Shown here piece after piece: positions 50,430-64,000 of a stretch of 64,000 nucleotides of DNA. A program made the position numbers and the translations under genes. The stretch comes from Paraphysomonas bandaiensis (Eukaryota > Protista > Chrysophyceae), in contig CBFFRP010000457.1 in NCBI GenBank assembly GCA_965644295.1, positions 1 to 64,000 on the forward strand. Reading direction: 5' to 3'. The stretch's first letter is position 1; every line of letters starts with the position of its first letter. The notes under the pieces were generated by a model that saw only the letters and a list, made by a program, of their open reading frames with translations, ran no database searches and was not told the DNA's origin.

Positions 50430-51050
50430 GTATGTATATATGTGAGTATAGTCACTTGTATGTATGTATGTGAGTATAGTCACTCCACACAGCATGTATG
50501 TATGCATGTATATATGTGAGTATAGTCACTTGTATGTATGTATGTATGTATGTATGTATGTGAGTATAGTCACTCCACACAGCATGTATGTATGCATGTA
50601 TATATGTGAGTATAGTCACTTGTATGTATGTATGTGAGTATAGTCACTCCACACAGCATGTATGTATGCATGTATATATGTGAGTATAGTCACTTGTATG
50701 TATGTATGTGAGTATAGTCACTCCACACAGCATGTATGTATGCATGTATATATGTGAGTATAGTCACTTGTATGTATGTATGTGAGTATAGTCACTCCAC
50801 ACAGCATGTATGTATGCATGTATATATGTGAGTATAGTCACTTGTATGTATGTATATGAGTATAGTCACTTGTATGTATGTATGTGAGTATAGTCACTTG
50901 TATGTATGTATGTGAGTATAGTCACTTGTATGTATGTATGTGAGTATAGTCACTTGTATGTATGTATATGAGTATAGTCTCATAGATACACACCCCACAG
51001 CATGTATGTATATATATGAGTATGTGTGTATATATGTCTGGTGTATATAT
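50430..51050. repeat. 74-bp (and 28-bp sub-unit) TATG-derived minisatellite upstream of the GDH ATG, probably in a 5'-UTR intron
   Basis: Repeated GTGAGTATAGTCAC spaced by TATG; candidate donor AG/GTAAG near 50403 and acceptor TTTTAG at 51083. Confidence 0.9.
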
Positions 51051-51130
51051 ATATGTATTTATATCATCATTTAATTGTTTTAGGGCTCGTTTCTGAAAGA
51101 TATCTTGTTCATCTAAAGCCAAACAGTGAT

Positions 51131-53319
<2,189 letters not shown>

Positions 53320-54212
53320 ATCCGTGGTGAGTAGTATAAAAGTTCTATAAAGTGCGCAACACAACAGTATTATTGTGTCAAGAATGCTGTAATGTTGTAT
53401 GCGTTCACGAGAGTTGCACTCATCACCACTCAGGTCTTGTCGTATACATTGCACCGCTATTGCTGATGGCAGGTTTCAACTTATGAACTGCTGCGCGTAT
53501 AATATATGATATTGACTGAAATAGTCATATCATCTATGGGTTGCTTCACATGAATCTATTATACTATTGTAATAGAAGTAATTCCCATGTAGTAATAAAC
53601 GCTTATGAATGAAGTATCATCAAAAAGTCGTAATTGTCAAGAATGTATGGTAAATTTTATATTTTCCCGCCAAACTTAGAGGGAAATTGAAAAGTCGCAC
53701 AATGCAGTATTAACCATATAATCTGTACTATTAGTTACAATTACACTTTCTATGAAATTGATGTTCCCCAACAAGCCATGAAATGCATTCCCACGTCCGG
53801 AATATGGCACTGGCGTCTTACTGTAACACACCGGCCGTACGGCACACACCACATGATTATTTATTTCCAAACCCTTCGTGTTCAATGGACGCTTGAGAAT
53901 TATACTGCGCTTTGCGACCAAAATCATGATCGCGCACCTGATTACTGGAGAGAGAGTGGTGCCTTACTTCCGCATAATCTGGCTCTGGCAGATTGCGGCA
54001 GATCAAAGGTTAAGTACAGTTCACACCTACGATAGCACATACTTAATACAGCCCTAAAATGGGACAAATCCTTCAGCATTGGTAGGAACCGAGGTAAAAC
54101 AAAATATGGCCTAGACTTGAGCTGTGGTTTTCGACTTGACTCTCTCAAACATATGTGTCTCGATTGTCCACGTGACTCCATTTCACAGATACGAGACTAC
54201 GAGAACTGCATA

Positions 54213-54467
54213 TTGAAAGTCTTATTATTAACAATAGGCGTTAAAAACCTGCACCAACTTAGTAGCTAGATGAATGCTAGACAAATTAGTTAGACCTCTA
54301 CCTGTAACTAATCAGTACACACTTTTTTTATCCTACTATTTAACGCTACGAAAGCTGCTTGTGCGTCGCCGCAAGCACCAAGGTGCGACCACTTCCGCTC
54401 TGAGTTCTTAAGGTGAACATCCCGGATGCTTGACTTCAGCAGGCAGCCCAATACCCCGGTTACCCTT
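54213..54467 (-). mobile_element. Dispersed retroposon-like repeat, copy D (may extend further right)
   Basis: Matches copy A in the 5' part and copy B in the core and 3' part; ends AATAATAAGACTTTCAA. Confidence 0.8.
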
Positions 54468-55079
54468 GAGGTGAGCCCTGTCCCGGATGCCCTTGAGGTG
54501 GACCCATTCCCGGATGCCTGTTTATTCGTCAGGGCCCAAAGACGTCTACACAAGCGACACTTATTGGTGTCCCTTGTACCATGTAACACTATAAGCCAGA
54601 TTTTTGAAGCAAATGTGAGAGATATGTCTACTTTACTTGTTGTATAAATTCCATACAAATTCATTGTAGAAATTCTTAAGTATAACTTAACCGCGTCAAA
54701 TATGTACCACGATAATCTAACATTGTCTCACACGCACGTAACATTTGACCTCAAGGGTCAGTCCTCTACGCCGGGTGACCTGTCTCAAGACTACCTTTTC
54801 CGTTTTGCTAAACAATGCACGAGCAATATCGAGGGCTCAAAAGTGAATATTATTTATGAAATTTATCGATAATAGTTGTGACCACAACCAAAGTGTGTAT
54901 TCCATTCACACAGAATACACAATAGAATATCGATCAAAGTTTAACTAGTAAGCTACTCCAGACTACATGTGCAAAAGTCTGTAAAACTTGAACCCATAAC
55001 TCCATTCGGCAACTTAACAAAGAAAATAGGAAAGTTGTGAAGCATCGTCATATCAAATAGATTCTATCCGCTAATACCG

Positions 55080-55349
55080 TTACGAGTAAAATCCCCCTAA
55101 AACAGTGTCTCTTGAAGGCTCCTGAATTATAGTCACCTCATGAGCAAATTTAATACGGTCTGTATTCTCTTTATGTATATATTTTTGTTGTTTAATATAA
55201 TTTTTTTCTTCATCTTTAATGTTTTTATAGTAAAACATACGCTCATGAAAGGATAATAATTGTGGGTTAGTAGTTGGAGCTACAGGGTGCATGAATGCTC
55301 GCTCTTTCTTAGAGATATTGCCTGGGAAAGGATTGCGTTCAGTTGTCAT
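55080..55349 (-). CDS. Hypothetical 89-aa protein, divergent from TAF1
   Basis: MTTERNPFPG... with protein-like composition; no motif recognised. Confidence 0.5.
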   Translation of the reverse strand: MTTERNPFPGNISKKERAFMHPVAPTTNPQLLSFHERMFYYKNIKDEEKNYIKQQKYIHKENTDRIKFAHEVTIIQEPSRDTVLGGFYS

Positions 55350-55624
55350 GATGTAGTATATGCATAAAACACTGTTATTATGCAATAAATAGAGATAAAT
55401 ATGAAGTTCTTTGCAATGAATTGTTATGTTGAGTTGTCTATAAGGAAATGTGTGTTCCAGTTGGACTGTACTATGCATATATACATACAGTATACCACTG
55501 AATAGACGGGGCTTTCTATACTTTATTATCACTGTATTCTGCTGAGATGTATGTATATGGTGTTTAGAGAAATGGGATTCAAGTACGATTTGGATTTTCT
55601 TACACCCTGAAACCCCGATATTTA

Positions 55625-56011
55625 GGGTGCGTTCGGTAGACCAAAAAAGTGCTGGATTTGCTCAAATTCGCTGGATTTCATCCATCCACTGGAATTTGGA
55701 AAATCTTACCGAACGCAAAAAAGCAAAATATGCTCATTTGCTGGAAAAAATCCAGCGAAATTAGTTTCGTGTTTTGAGTCGAAAGACGATTCACTGGATT
55801 TTTGAGAAGTGCTGGATTTTTGAATCACGATTATACATACAGTATATGCGTTAAATACACGTATACCGGATGTGGCAATCGTTCGGTAGTAAGTGCTATG
55901 CCCATTTGCTGGATTACCCAAATACAGTGCATTTTCAACCAGTGGAATTTATCAAAAATCCAGCGAATGCAAATCCAGCACAAAAATCCATTGGATGAAC
56001 CGAACGGGCCC
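55625..56011. mobile_element. Harbinger/Tourist-like MITE, 387 bp
   Basis: TIRs GGGTGCGTTCGGT / ACCGAACGGGCCC, TTA TSD on both sides, subterminal GCTGGATTT/AAATCCAGC repeats. Confidence 0.88.
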
Positions 56012-56064
56012 TTATACAAAGAAAAGACAAGAAAGATATCAGAAACCTCCATTTTTGAATTAGC

Positions 56065-56438
56065 GTATGTATGTATGTATGTATGTATGTATGTATGTAT
56101 GTATGTATGTATGTATGTATGTATGTATGTATGTATGTATGTATGTATGTATGTATGTATGTATGTATGTATGTATGTATGTATGCATGTATGTATGTAT
56201 GTATGTATGTATGTATGTATGTATGTATGTATGTATGTATGTATGTATGTATGTATGTATGTATGTATGTATGTATGTATGTATGTATGTATGTATGTAT
56301 GTATGTATGTATGTATGTATGTATGTATGTATGTATGTATGTATGTATGTATGCATGTATGTATGTATGTATGTATGTATGTATGTATGTATGTATGTAT
56401 GTATGTATGTATGTATGTATGTATGTATGCATGTATGC
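56065..56438. repeat. (TATG)n microsatellite ~100 bp upstream of the TAF1 ATG
   Basis: Direct. Confidence 0.98.
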
Positions 56439-56538
56439 ATATTTCCAGGCATCATAACACTGTCATGTCATTATATTACATGCGTAGCCACTAGTCTCAC
56501 TCTATACTTCTAATTTAAAACTAGAGCTATTAGTAAAC

Positions 56539-59500
56539 ATGGCTATGGCTATGGTGAAGGGCGACAAGCCCCTGGCTCCTGTCAAGAATATATATGGAAT
56601 GGCCACTCCTGATTTCGAGACATTCCAGCTACTCATGAGAAAGGTATGTATATGGGGGGTATGTGAATGCTGTATGGTTACTGGGAGGGTATGTGTATGC
56701 TGTATGGTATATGGGAGGGTATGTGTATGCTGTATGGTTACTGGGCGGGTATGTGTATGCTGTATGGTTACTGGGCGGGTATGTGTATGCTGTATGGTTA
56801 CTGGGAGGGTATGTGTATGCTGTATGGTTACTGGGAGGGTATGTGTATGCTGTATGGTATATGGGAGGGTATGTGTATGCTGTATGGTATATGGGAGGGT
56901 ATGTGTATGCTGTATGGTATATGGGAGGGTACGTATATGCTGTATGGTTACTGGGAGGGTATGTATATGCTGTATGGTTACTGGGAGGGTATGTATATGC
57001 TGTATGGTATATGGGAGGGTACGTATATGCTGTATGGTTACTGGGAGGGTATGTATATGCTGTATGGTTACTGGGAGGGTACGTATATGCTGTATGATAT
57101 ATGGGAGGGTACGTATATGCTGTATGGTTACTGGGAGGGTATGTATATGCTGTATGGTTACTGGGAGGGTACGTATATGCTGTATGGTTACTGGGAGGGT
57201 ATGTATATGCTGTATGGTATATGGGAGGGTATGTATATGCTGTATGGTTACTGGGAGGGTACGTATATGCTGTATGGTATATGGGAGGGTACGTATATGC
57301 TGTATGGTTACTGGGAGGGTATGTATATGCTGTATGGTTAATTGGAAGCGGTGCAAATCTGTACCCTTTTAGTGGTAATGATAGATTTGTTATTACGTTC
57401 TTAGAAGTCAACACGACTTATCTTGTTGAAGTTGTTCATTTGAATTTTTTAGGCTGATCAGCTTGAGGGATTCGAGAATGCAGGTATTTCCTGCGTTGAT
57501 ACGACCGAGATAGACAATATATACACAGCAAGGTACTGATGGAGCCATTTGTACTGTTATTGCGCACATGTGCCCCTTTGGCATTTTACTTGTGCAATGG
57601 ATTATTACTTGTGTGTCTTATTTCGTGAATTTGTAATACATAAGTACAGAATATCTTCGGGAAATTATGTGCAGTTCCCACAAGAGAGCGATATTCACAC
57701 GCTTCAAAGTATGTCTGTACGCAGTGTGACGTATCCTAAGAGTCATTTACACGAATTCCGTCGTATTCAGTACGTAAAATGTAAACTCAGATTATGAATT
57801 ACTAAGATTTACATTCCAGGTCCGGGAATCCCCGTAAACGGCTGTTGAAAGATCCGACACCGTGTATTCGACCATTAGGTTATGATTTGTGGGAGTGTGA
57901 TATAGTCTGGGATGATATCCCAATTACCAGTCGGTCTTGCCAGACCTACAATGATATTCGTAGCCAAGTTTCTCATAGTCTCGATGGCGTATCGGACAGC
58001 ATTATTGGCCGCAAGCTACGTCGAACACTCCATGGCAGCAATGTTGCAATCTCCGAGGGTGGGTGGGTAGATAGTATAATCTGGGACGAAGATAGAGTAT
58101 GCACGTTTAACCCCAAAAGTCTTTCTGATGGTTCCAACAACTATGATGATATGAATGTACCACTTATTGACACCTCGAAGCCGACGGAAGTCTATATTCC
58201 TTGCGAAGAAGCCGTTGGAGTTTCACCGTCACCTCGTATTCCTGTAGAGGATGAAAACACGTTGTCCACTTCCGCCTCTGAGCCAATGGAAGTGGTCAGT
58301 TCTGAAGCTACCACTTCACCCCAGCCTCGTGAATCCGCAGGCACATCATTAAAAGGTAAAACCAAACGATCTAACCCACGTCCCATCGCAACCGGACCCC
58401 TGGCGAGACTCCAGAAAGCAAAAGAACGACATGAGCGCTTGGAACGCTATAAAGCTGCAGCGTTAGGTGACAAGTCGGTTCTGGAAGCCATTCAATCAGA
58501 GAATAGCAATCAATCTAGTTTAGTTGATCGGACGCAAACACCGGGTATACCTTCAGGGGCACTTACTAGACGAAGGAAAATGAATGCTGCAGCTGATCTT
58601 GAGCATTCTATCATTGCCGCTAAGCATCGTAACACAAGAGCGTGTTTGAAGAATTTGGAACTGGTTTATTTTCATAGGTATCGCATCTATTATATCTAGA
58701 TAGTATGTTTATATTTCCCTGTCAGGCCTCATTTAACGAAGATGGCTAAACACACTGTTTGGAACATTATGCTCGAGAAGAAAGGGAAACATAAGGTGGT
58801 AAAGCGTGTGATTGAGTGCTAGATATTTATATGTAGAATTGTATATGCATCATTTATAGACTATTTGTCAGCAGCTTGAACTGGATTAATGATATTTAAA
58901 TGTCAATTAACTAATTTGAATATATATGTCAGCTTTCTCAGAGAAAAGGAAATATCAGACAGCATTTAGTGAGCCAGATTTCAAAGGCGTCTGATTTGGC
59001 TTTAACTGATGGAGACTTTGTGTGTATTGAGTACATTGAGGAGAACCCGAACATGTTGCTCAATATTGGTATGTACGCATCTTTATATGTGTCAAATTTT
59101 TGAAACACCATGATAGGAATGGCATCGAAAATCTTAAACTACTACCGATCCCCCGTTGTGGACTCTGCACCTGTACAAACCGGTTTTGCTCAAAATATGG
59201 AGGCAGATGGGCCTCATATTGCGATGGACGGTACCTCGGCTGGTGGGGCCAAGGGAACTCGCCCCCGCTCTAACTCACACTCAAGTGGGCATGGGAAAGG
59301 GGGGGTTGGGGGTGTACATAGTACTCTCAGTTCAGGGAGACTTCCGAGACACGTCCAACGGTTCACAATGGCGGGCCAACGGCAGAGTGGAGTCAGCAGT
59401 ATTGACATACCCAAATTGCCCGAGGGAGTAACGGAGGTACGATTCTGTATTTTTGGGGTAGTTAATGTATATAAAGGAAGAATTTGTTATACAAATTCTA

Positions 59501-61850
59501 TAAATGCAATAAATACTGTATATAAATGCTTATATACACAGTACTCATACGGCGTATTTTTATGCGAAACTTGTGTTTATTGCTCTCACGTCTTTATGAA
59601 TGGCCGGTGCGATGTATTAGGTTCTGGAAGCTGACGAAAAGTTCCCTTTTCTTGGTGATATTGAGCCTGGTGCCCCACCCCAGCCTGCTCTGCATACGAA
59701 TTTATTTCGCGCGCCTTTATTTGTTCAATCATCAAAGCCTACAGATTTTTTGTTGGTTCGCGTTCCCCATAAAAGGACTAGTATCCATTTTATCATCAGA
59801 CAACTGCAAGGAGTGTTTACATGTGGTCAACAAGAGCCGCTGATGATTGTACCAAAGCCTGTGAAGAAAAAGACGATGTCACAGATGCAGCAGAATTTCG
59901 TGCTGATACATCTGACCAGGCATTTTCTCATGCAAGGTAGTTCCGGGGTGTACATATTTGTAAATAATTTTTTGCTGGTTAAGGTGATATTGAAGTTGAA
60001 ACCAAGGACCTAATGAAAGAGTTTTCGTATTTCTTCACTCGATACAAAAATGATATGAAAAAGTATTTAATTCATCACCTGAATTGCATGCACCTCATTG
60101 TCACGATATATCAGGTGCATACAAAAGGTCGCTGATCTCACTGATGAGGAGACCTGGAAATTAAAACCTAGTAAAGAGATAATAAGCCCAGAGGAATACG
60201 AGGCATTGGTAAGTCCAGAAGATGTATGCCTACATGAGAGAGGTCTATGCTCAGAACACAAGCTTCAGAGTCTAGGTGCGTGCACTTAATTGGTGTCATA
60301 TCTTGTAGTTTTGAACAGTTTCGAATTGTGTCATGTTGTCCTGGTATCTCAATGATGTTGAACTTCGTCGATACGTGTCTTTGGTGGTAGTTCGTAGTAC
60401 AGTGCTGTGGTGATAGATAGGTGTTTTGAACCTTTCAGGCGGCAAGCTAATGTGCTGGTGACGACTTTTTCGTAGGTATCAGTCAAATTATGGAAGTTAG
60501 CAGAGTAGAGCAAGCTCTGGGGAAAATGCATCAACTGCGGGAATTCCGATCGAAGTGTTTGAAATCTGCCCGTGAGAGAGCTAAACTATATAGGAATAGC
60601 GATCGATCTCTACAACTTGATATACTCGTGATTATCTTCGAAGAGGACTTAAAAAAACTCGATAAAAGCATCGAAGTTGCTAGGTAGGGGGGTTTTCATG
60701 TTGGGCGTAATATGTATGTGTGGAGGGTGTTTGTACAGTGTATAAGTAGCAGTGTGTAATACTAGATGTTGTGTCTATTTTGGAAAATATTAGCATCGAA
60801 TATGTCTCATAGTGCGTCAGATTTATTCACGAACGGATGCTTCTTACCCCTTGGGTCATAACTGAGTCGTTCGTAAAGGGTTACCTTGAAAAAGGTGGTA
60901 TGGGCGTTTTGCGCTTGGTAGGACTTGGTGATCCCAGTGGTATTGGAGAAGGTTTTTCATTACTAAGGTATTTCTGATACATACACTTCGAGAATACAGT
61001 GCGTATTTTCTATATAGTTTTGCATCAGTGTACGATTATTTATGTACCAAATGACACTTGCTTAACACTTCGATAATTACAGACCACCCAAAACAGGAGG
61101 GAGTCGAAGAACGGATGCCGAGATATATAACACTGAGAGGTACAGTTGTGGTGTGGGAAATTTCATAGTCAATCAGCACCGTGAATTGCTATTTTACATT
61201 ACCCCCTTCCTACATCACTTGGCGTTTCCGTCAGAATTCTGCTCAAGTTGATGTGTATGTAGTGACCTAAGGAAGAAGACGAAGAGAGAATTAGATGAAC
61301 TTCTGATGAGAGCAGGATACGATCGAGCAACTCTTAAAACGATACCACGGTACAATGCCTGTGTAGTATGCTACTTCTATATGACATCATGGAAATGACT
61401 TGTGGATTCGAATCTGTGGGAAGTTGTGTCTGATGTCGCTACGTCATAGGTGGGATAAAGTAGACTTATTCAGACAACATGCCAATATCGCCTATGAGGC
61501 AAATGTTGCCCACGAGCTTCACAGGTAAAAAGCTATTATATTGCATGTCTGAATATATAAATTGAATAGTTGCACTTGATATTTGGCATCTATTGTTCTT
61601 TTGCATCGTAACTAGTATATCTCGTATTCTGTGGTCAGGTTTGCACGAGCATCGAAGCCAACTCAGACTATGCAGGTCTGGGAATACCAAGAAAAGTGTA
61701 TTCAAATATGGAAGGCTCAGGTGAGCAAATTCACCAATAACACTGCATCTGCTACCACGCAAGAGTATTGCCTTCACATGAATTACACAGGCAAAATCAC
61801 TCACTATTGATTGGGAGACGGCAAATTCCTTCGACGACGCCATTGATGAG
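56539..61850 (+). CDS. TAF1: TFIID subunit 1 (DUF3591 region), multi-exon, probably continuing beyond the window; exon 1 less certain
   Basis: IEYIEENP..L.NIGMASKILNYYR, PFLGDIEPG, NLFRAP, TDFLLVR, GQQEP, SPEDVC, LTPW..T, GLGDPSGIGEGFS, DLRK. Confidence 0.9.
56644..57340. repeat. 30-bp minisatellite (~23 units) in the putative first intron of TAF1
   Basis: TGTATGGTTACTGGGAGGGTATGTATATGC units begin right after the donor AAG/GTATGT. Confidence 0.95.
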
Positions 61851-61934
61851 GTACGTCATTTGAAAATACATGTATAGGCGAAATATGTATAGTACTCATA
61901 GCGACGATAAATGTATATGTAGTTCAAAATATAT

Positions 61935-64000
61935 GCAATAATGAACATGTCTTTCGTTATGGAATGGTTGTAAAATGCAGCCTCCAGATGAATATTACAT
62001 GAAAATCAAAATCTCTGAGCACACCGGTATATATCTTTATTATTGTCTTTGTGGAATGGTACTGTGTAGTTGTATCTATGTAATACTGTATGTGTGCAAT
62101 GATGAAGATGTCTTTCGTTATGGAATGGTTGTAAAATGCATCCTCCAGATGAATATTACATGAAAATCAAAATCTCTGAGCACACCAGTATATATCTTTA
62201 TTATTGTCTTTGTGGAATGGTACTATGTAGTTGTATCTATGTAATACTGTATGTGTGCAATGATGACGATGTCTTTCGTTATGGAATGGTTGTAAAATGC
62301 AGCCTCCAGATGAATATTACATGAAAATCAAAATCTCTGAGCACACCAGTATATATCTTTATTATTGTCTTTGTGGAATGGTACTGTGTAGTTGTATCTA
62401 TGTAATACTGTATGTGTGCAATGATGACGATGTCTTTCGTTATGGAATGGTTGTAAAATTCATCCTCCAGATGAATATTACATGAAAATCAAAATCTCTG
62501 AGCACACCGGTATATATCTTTATTATTGTCTTTGTGGAATGGTACTGTGTAGTTGTATCTATGTAATACTGTATGTGTGCAATGATGACGATGTCTTTCG
62601 TTATGGAATGGTTGTAAAATGCAACCTCTAGATGAATATTACATGAAAATCAAAATCTCTGAGCACACCAGTATATATCTTTATTATTGTCTTTGTGGAA
62701 TGGTACTATGTAGTTGTATCTATGTAATACTGTATGTGTGCAATGATGACGATGTCTTTCGTTATGGAATGGTTGTAAAATGCAGCCTCCAGATGAATAT
62801 TACATGAAAATCAAAATCTCTGAGCACACCAGTATATATCTTTATTATTGTCTTTGTGGAATGGTACTGTGTAGTTGTATCTATGTAATACTGTATGTGT
62901 GCAATGATGACGATGTCTTTCGTTATGGAATGGTTGTAAAATGCATCCTCCAGATGAATATTACATGAAAATCAAAATCTCTGAGCACACCGGTATATAT
63001 CTTTATTATTGTCTTTGTGGAATGGTACTGTGTAGTTGTATCTATGTAATACTGTATGTGTGCAATGATGAAGATGTCTTTCGTTATGGAATGGTTGTAA
63101 AATGCAACCTCTAGATGAATATTACATGAAAATCAAAATCTCTGAGCACACCAGTATATATCTTTATTATTGTCTTTGTGGAATGGTACTATGTAGTTGT
63201 ATCTATGTAATACTGTATGTGTGCAATGATGACGATGTCTTTCGTTATGGAATGGTTGTAAAATGCAACCTCTAGATGAATATTACATGAAAATCAAAAT
63301 CTCTGAGCACACCAGTATATATCTTTATTATTGTCTTTGTGGAATGGTACTATGTAGTTGTATCTATGTAATACTGTATGTGTGCAATGATGACGATGTC
63401 TTTCGTTATGGAATGGTTGTAAAATGCAGCCTCCAGATGAATATTACATGAAAATCAAAATCTCTGAGCACACCAGTATATATCTTTATTATTGTCTTTG
63501 TGGAATGGTACTGTGTAGTTGTATCTATGTAATACTGTATGTGTGCAATGATGACGATGTCTTTCGTTATGGAATGGTTGTAAAATGCATCCTCCAGATG
63601 AATATTACATGAAAATCAAAATCTCTGAGCACACCGGTATATATCTTTATTATTGTCTTTGTGGAATGGTACTGTGTAGTTGTATCTATGTAATACTGTA
63701 TGTGTGCAATGATGAAGATGTCTTTCGTTATGGAATGGTTGTAAAATGCAACCTCTAGATGAATATTACATGAAAATCAAAATCTCTGAGCACACCAGTA
63801 TATATCTTTATTATTGTCTTTGTGGAATGGTACTATGTAGTTGTATCTATGTAATACTGTATGTGTGCAATGATGACGATGTCTTTCGTTATGGAATGGT
63901 TGTAAAATGCAGCCTCCAGATGAATATTACATGAAAATCAAAATCTCTGAGCACACCAGTATATATCTTTATTATTGTCTTTGTGGAATGGTACTGTGTA
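61935..64000. repeat. 161-bp satellite, at least 12.8 units, apparently in a TAF1 intron, running off the window
   Basis: Period 161 (61975, 62136, 62297...); begins ~85 bp after the donor GAG/GTACGT at 61851. Confidence 0.97.

Noticed and set aside
56502-57457. ORFs with 10-aa repeats in many frames
   Set aside because: Products of the 30-bp minisatellite, which lies between splice sites.
61975-63934. Repeated 62-aa ORFs
   Set aside because: By-products of the 161-bp satellite; the unit length is not a multiple of three.

Overview
Eukaryotic, intron-containing, AT-rich protist DNA. Gene content (QPS-repeat LRR fragment, CE2 esterase, TMEM17, Pangu-type transposon) suggests a flagellated stramenopile, but this is an inference. 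About 12 host genes are recognisable: beta-lactamase-family hydrolase, kinase-methyltransferase fusion, TMEM17-like, VWA alpha-kinase, multi-pass membrane protein, CE2 esterase, Crinkler-like kinase, EF-hand protein, CaMK, PH protein, NADP-GDH and TAF1. The left ~4 kb looks like the end of an endogenous Polinton-like virus/virophage (three paralogous penton-like domains, a basic repeat peptide, a Zn-knuckle gene) cut by a GC-rich ORF. Mobile DNA includes an intact-looking PIF/Harbinger-superfamily element with an AGT TSD, a Harbinger MITE, a non-autonomous MULE and a four-copy retroposed family sharing a structured ~65-nt core. The most striking pattern is that ApT-dense tandem repeats sit almost only just upstream of start codons or in first introns, together with G-poor/AT-rich 5' coding ends. 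A second unusual locus is the Crinkler-like gene, preceded by inverted 62-bp arrays and header fragments in alternating orientation. All calls were made by eye; no searches were run.
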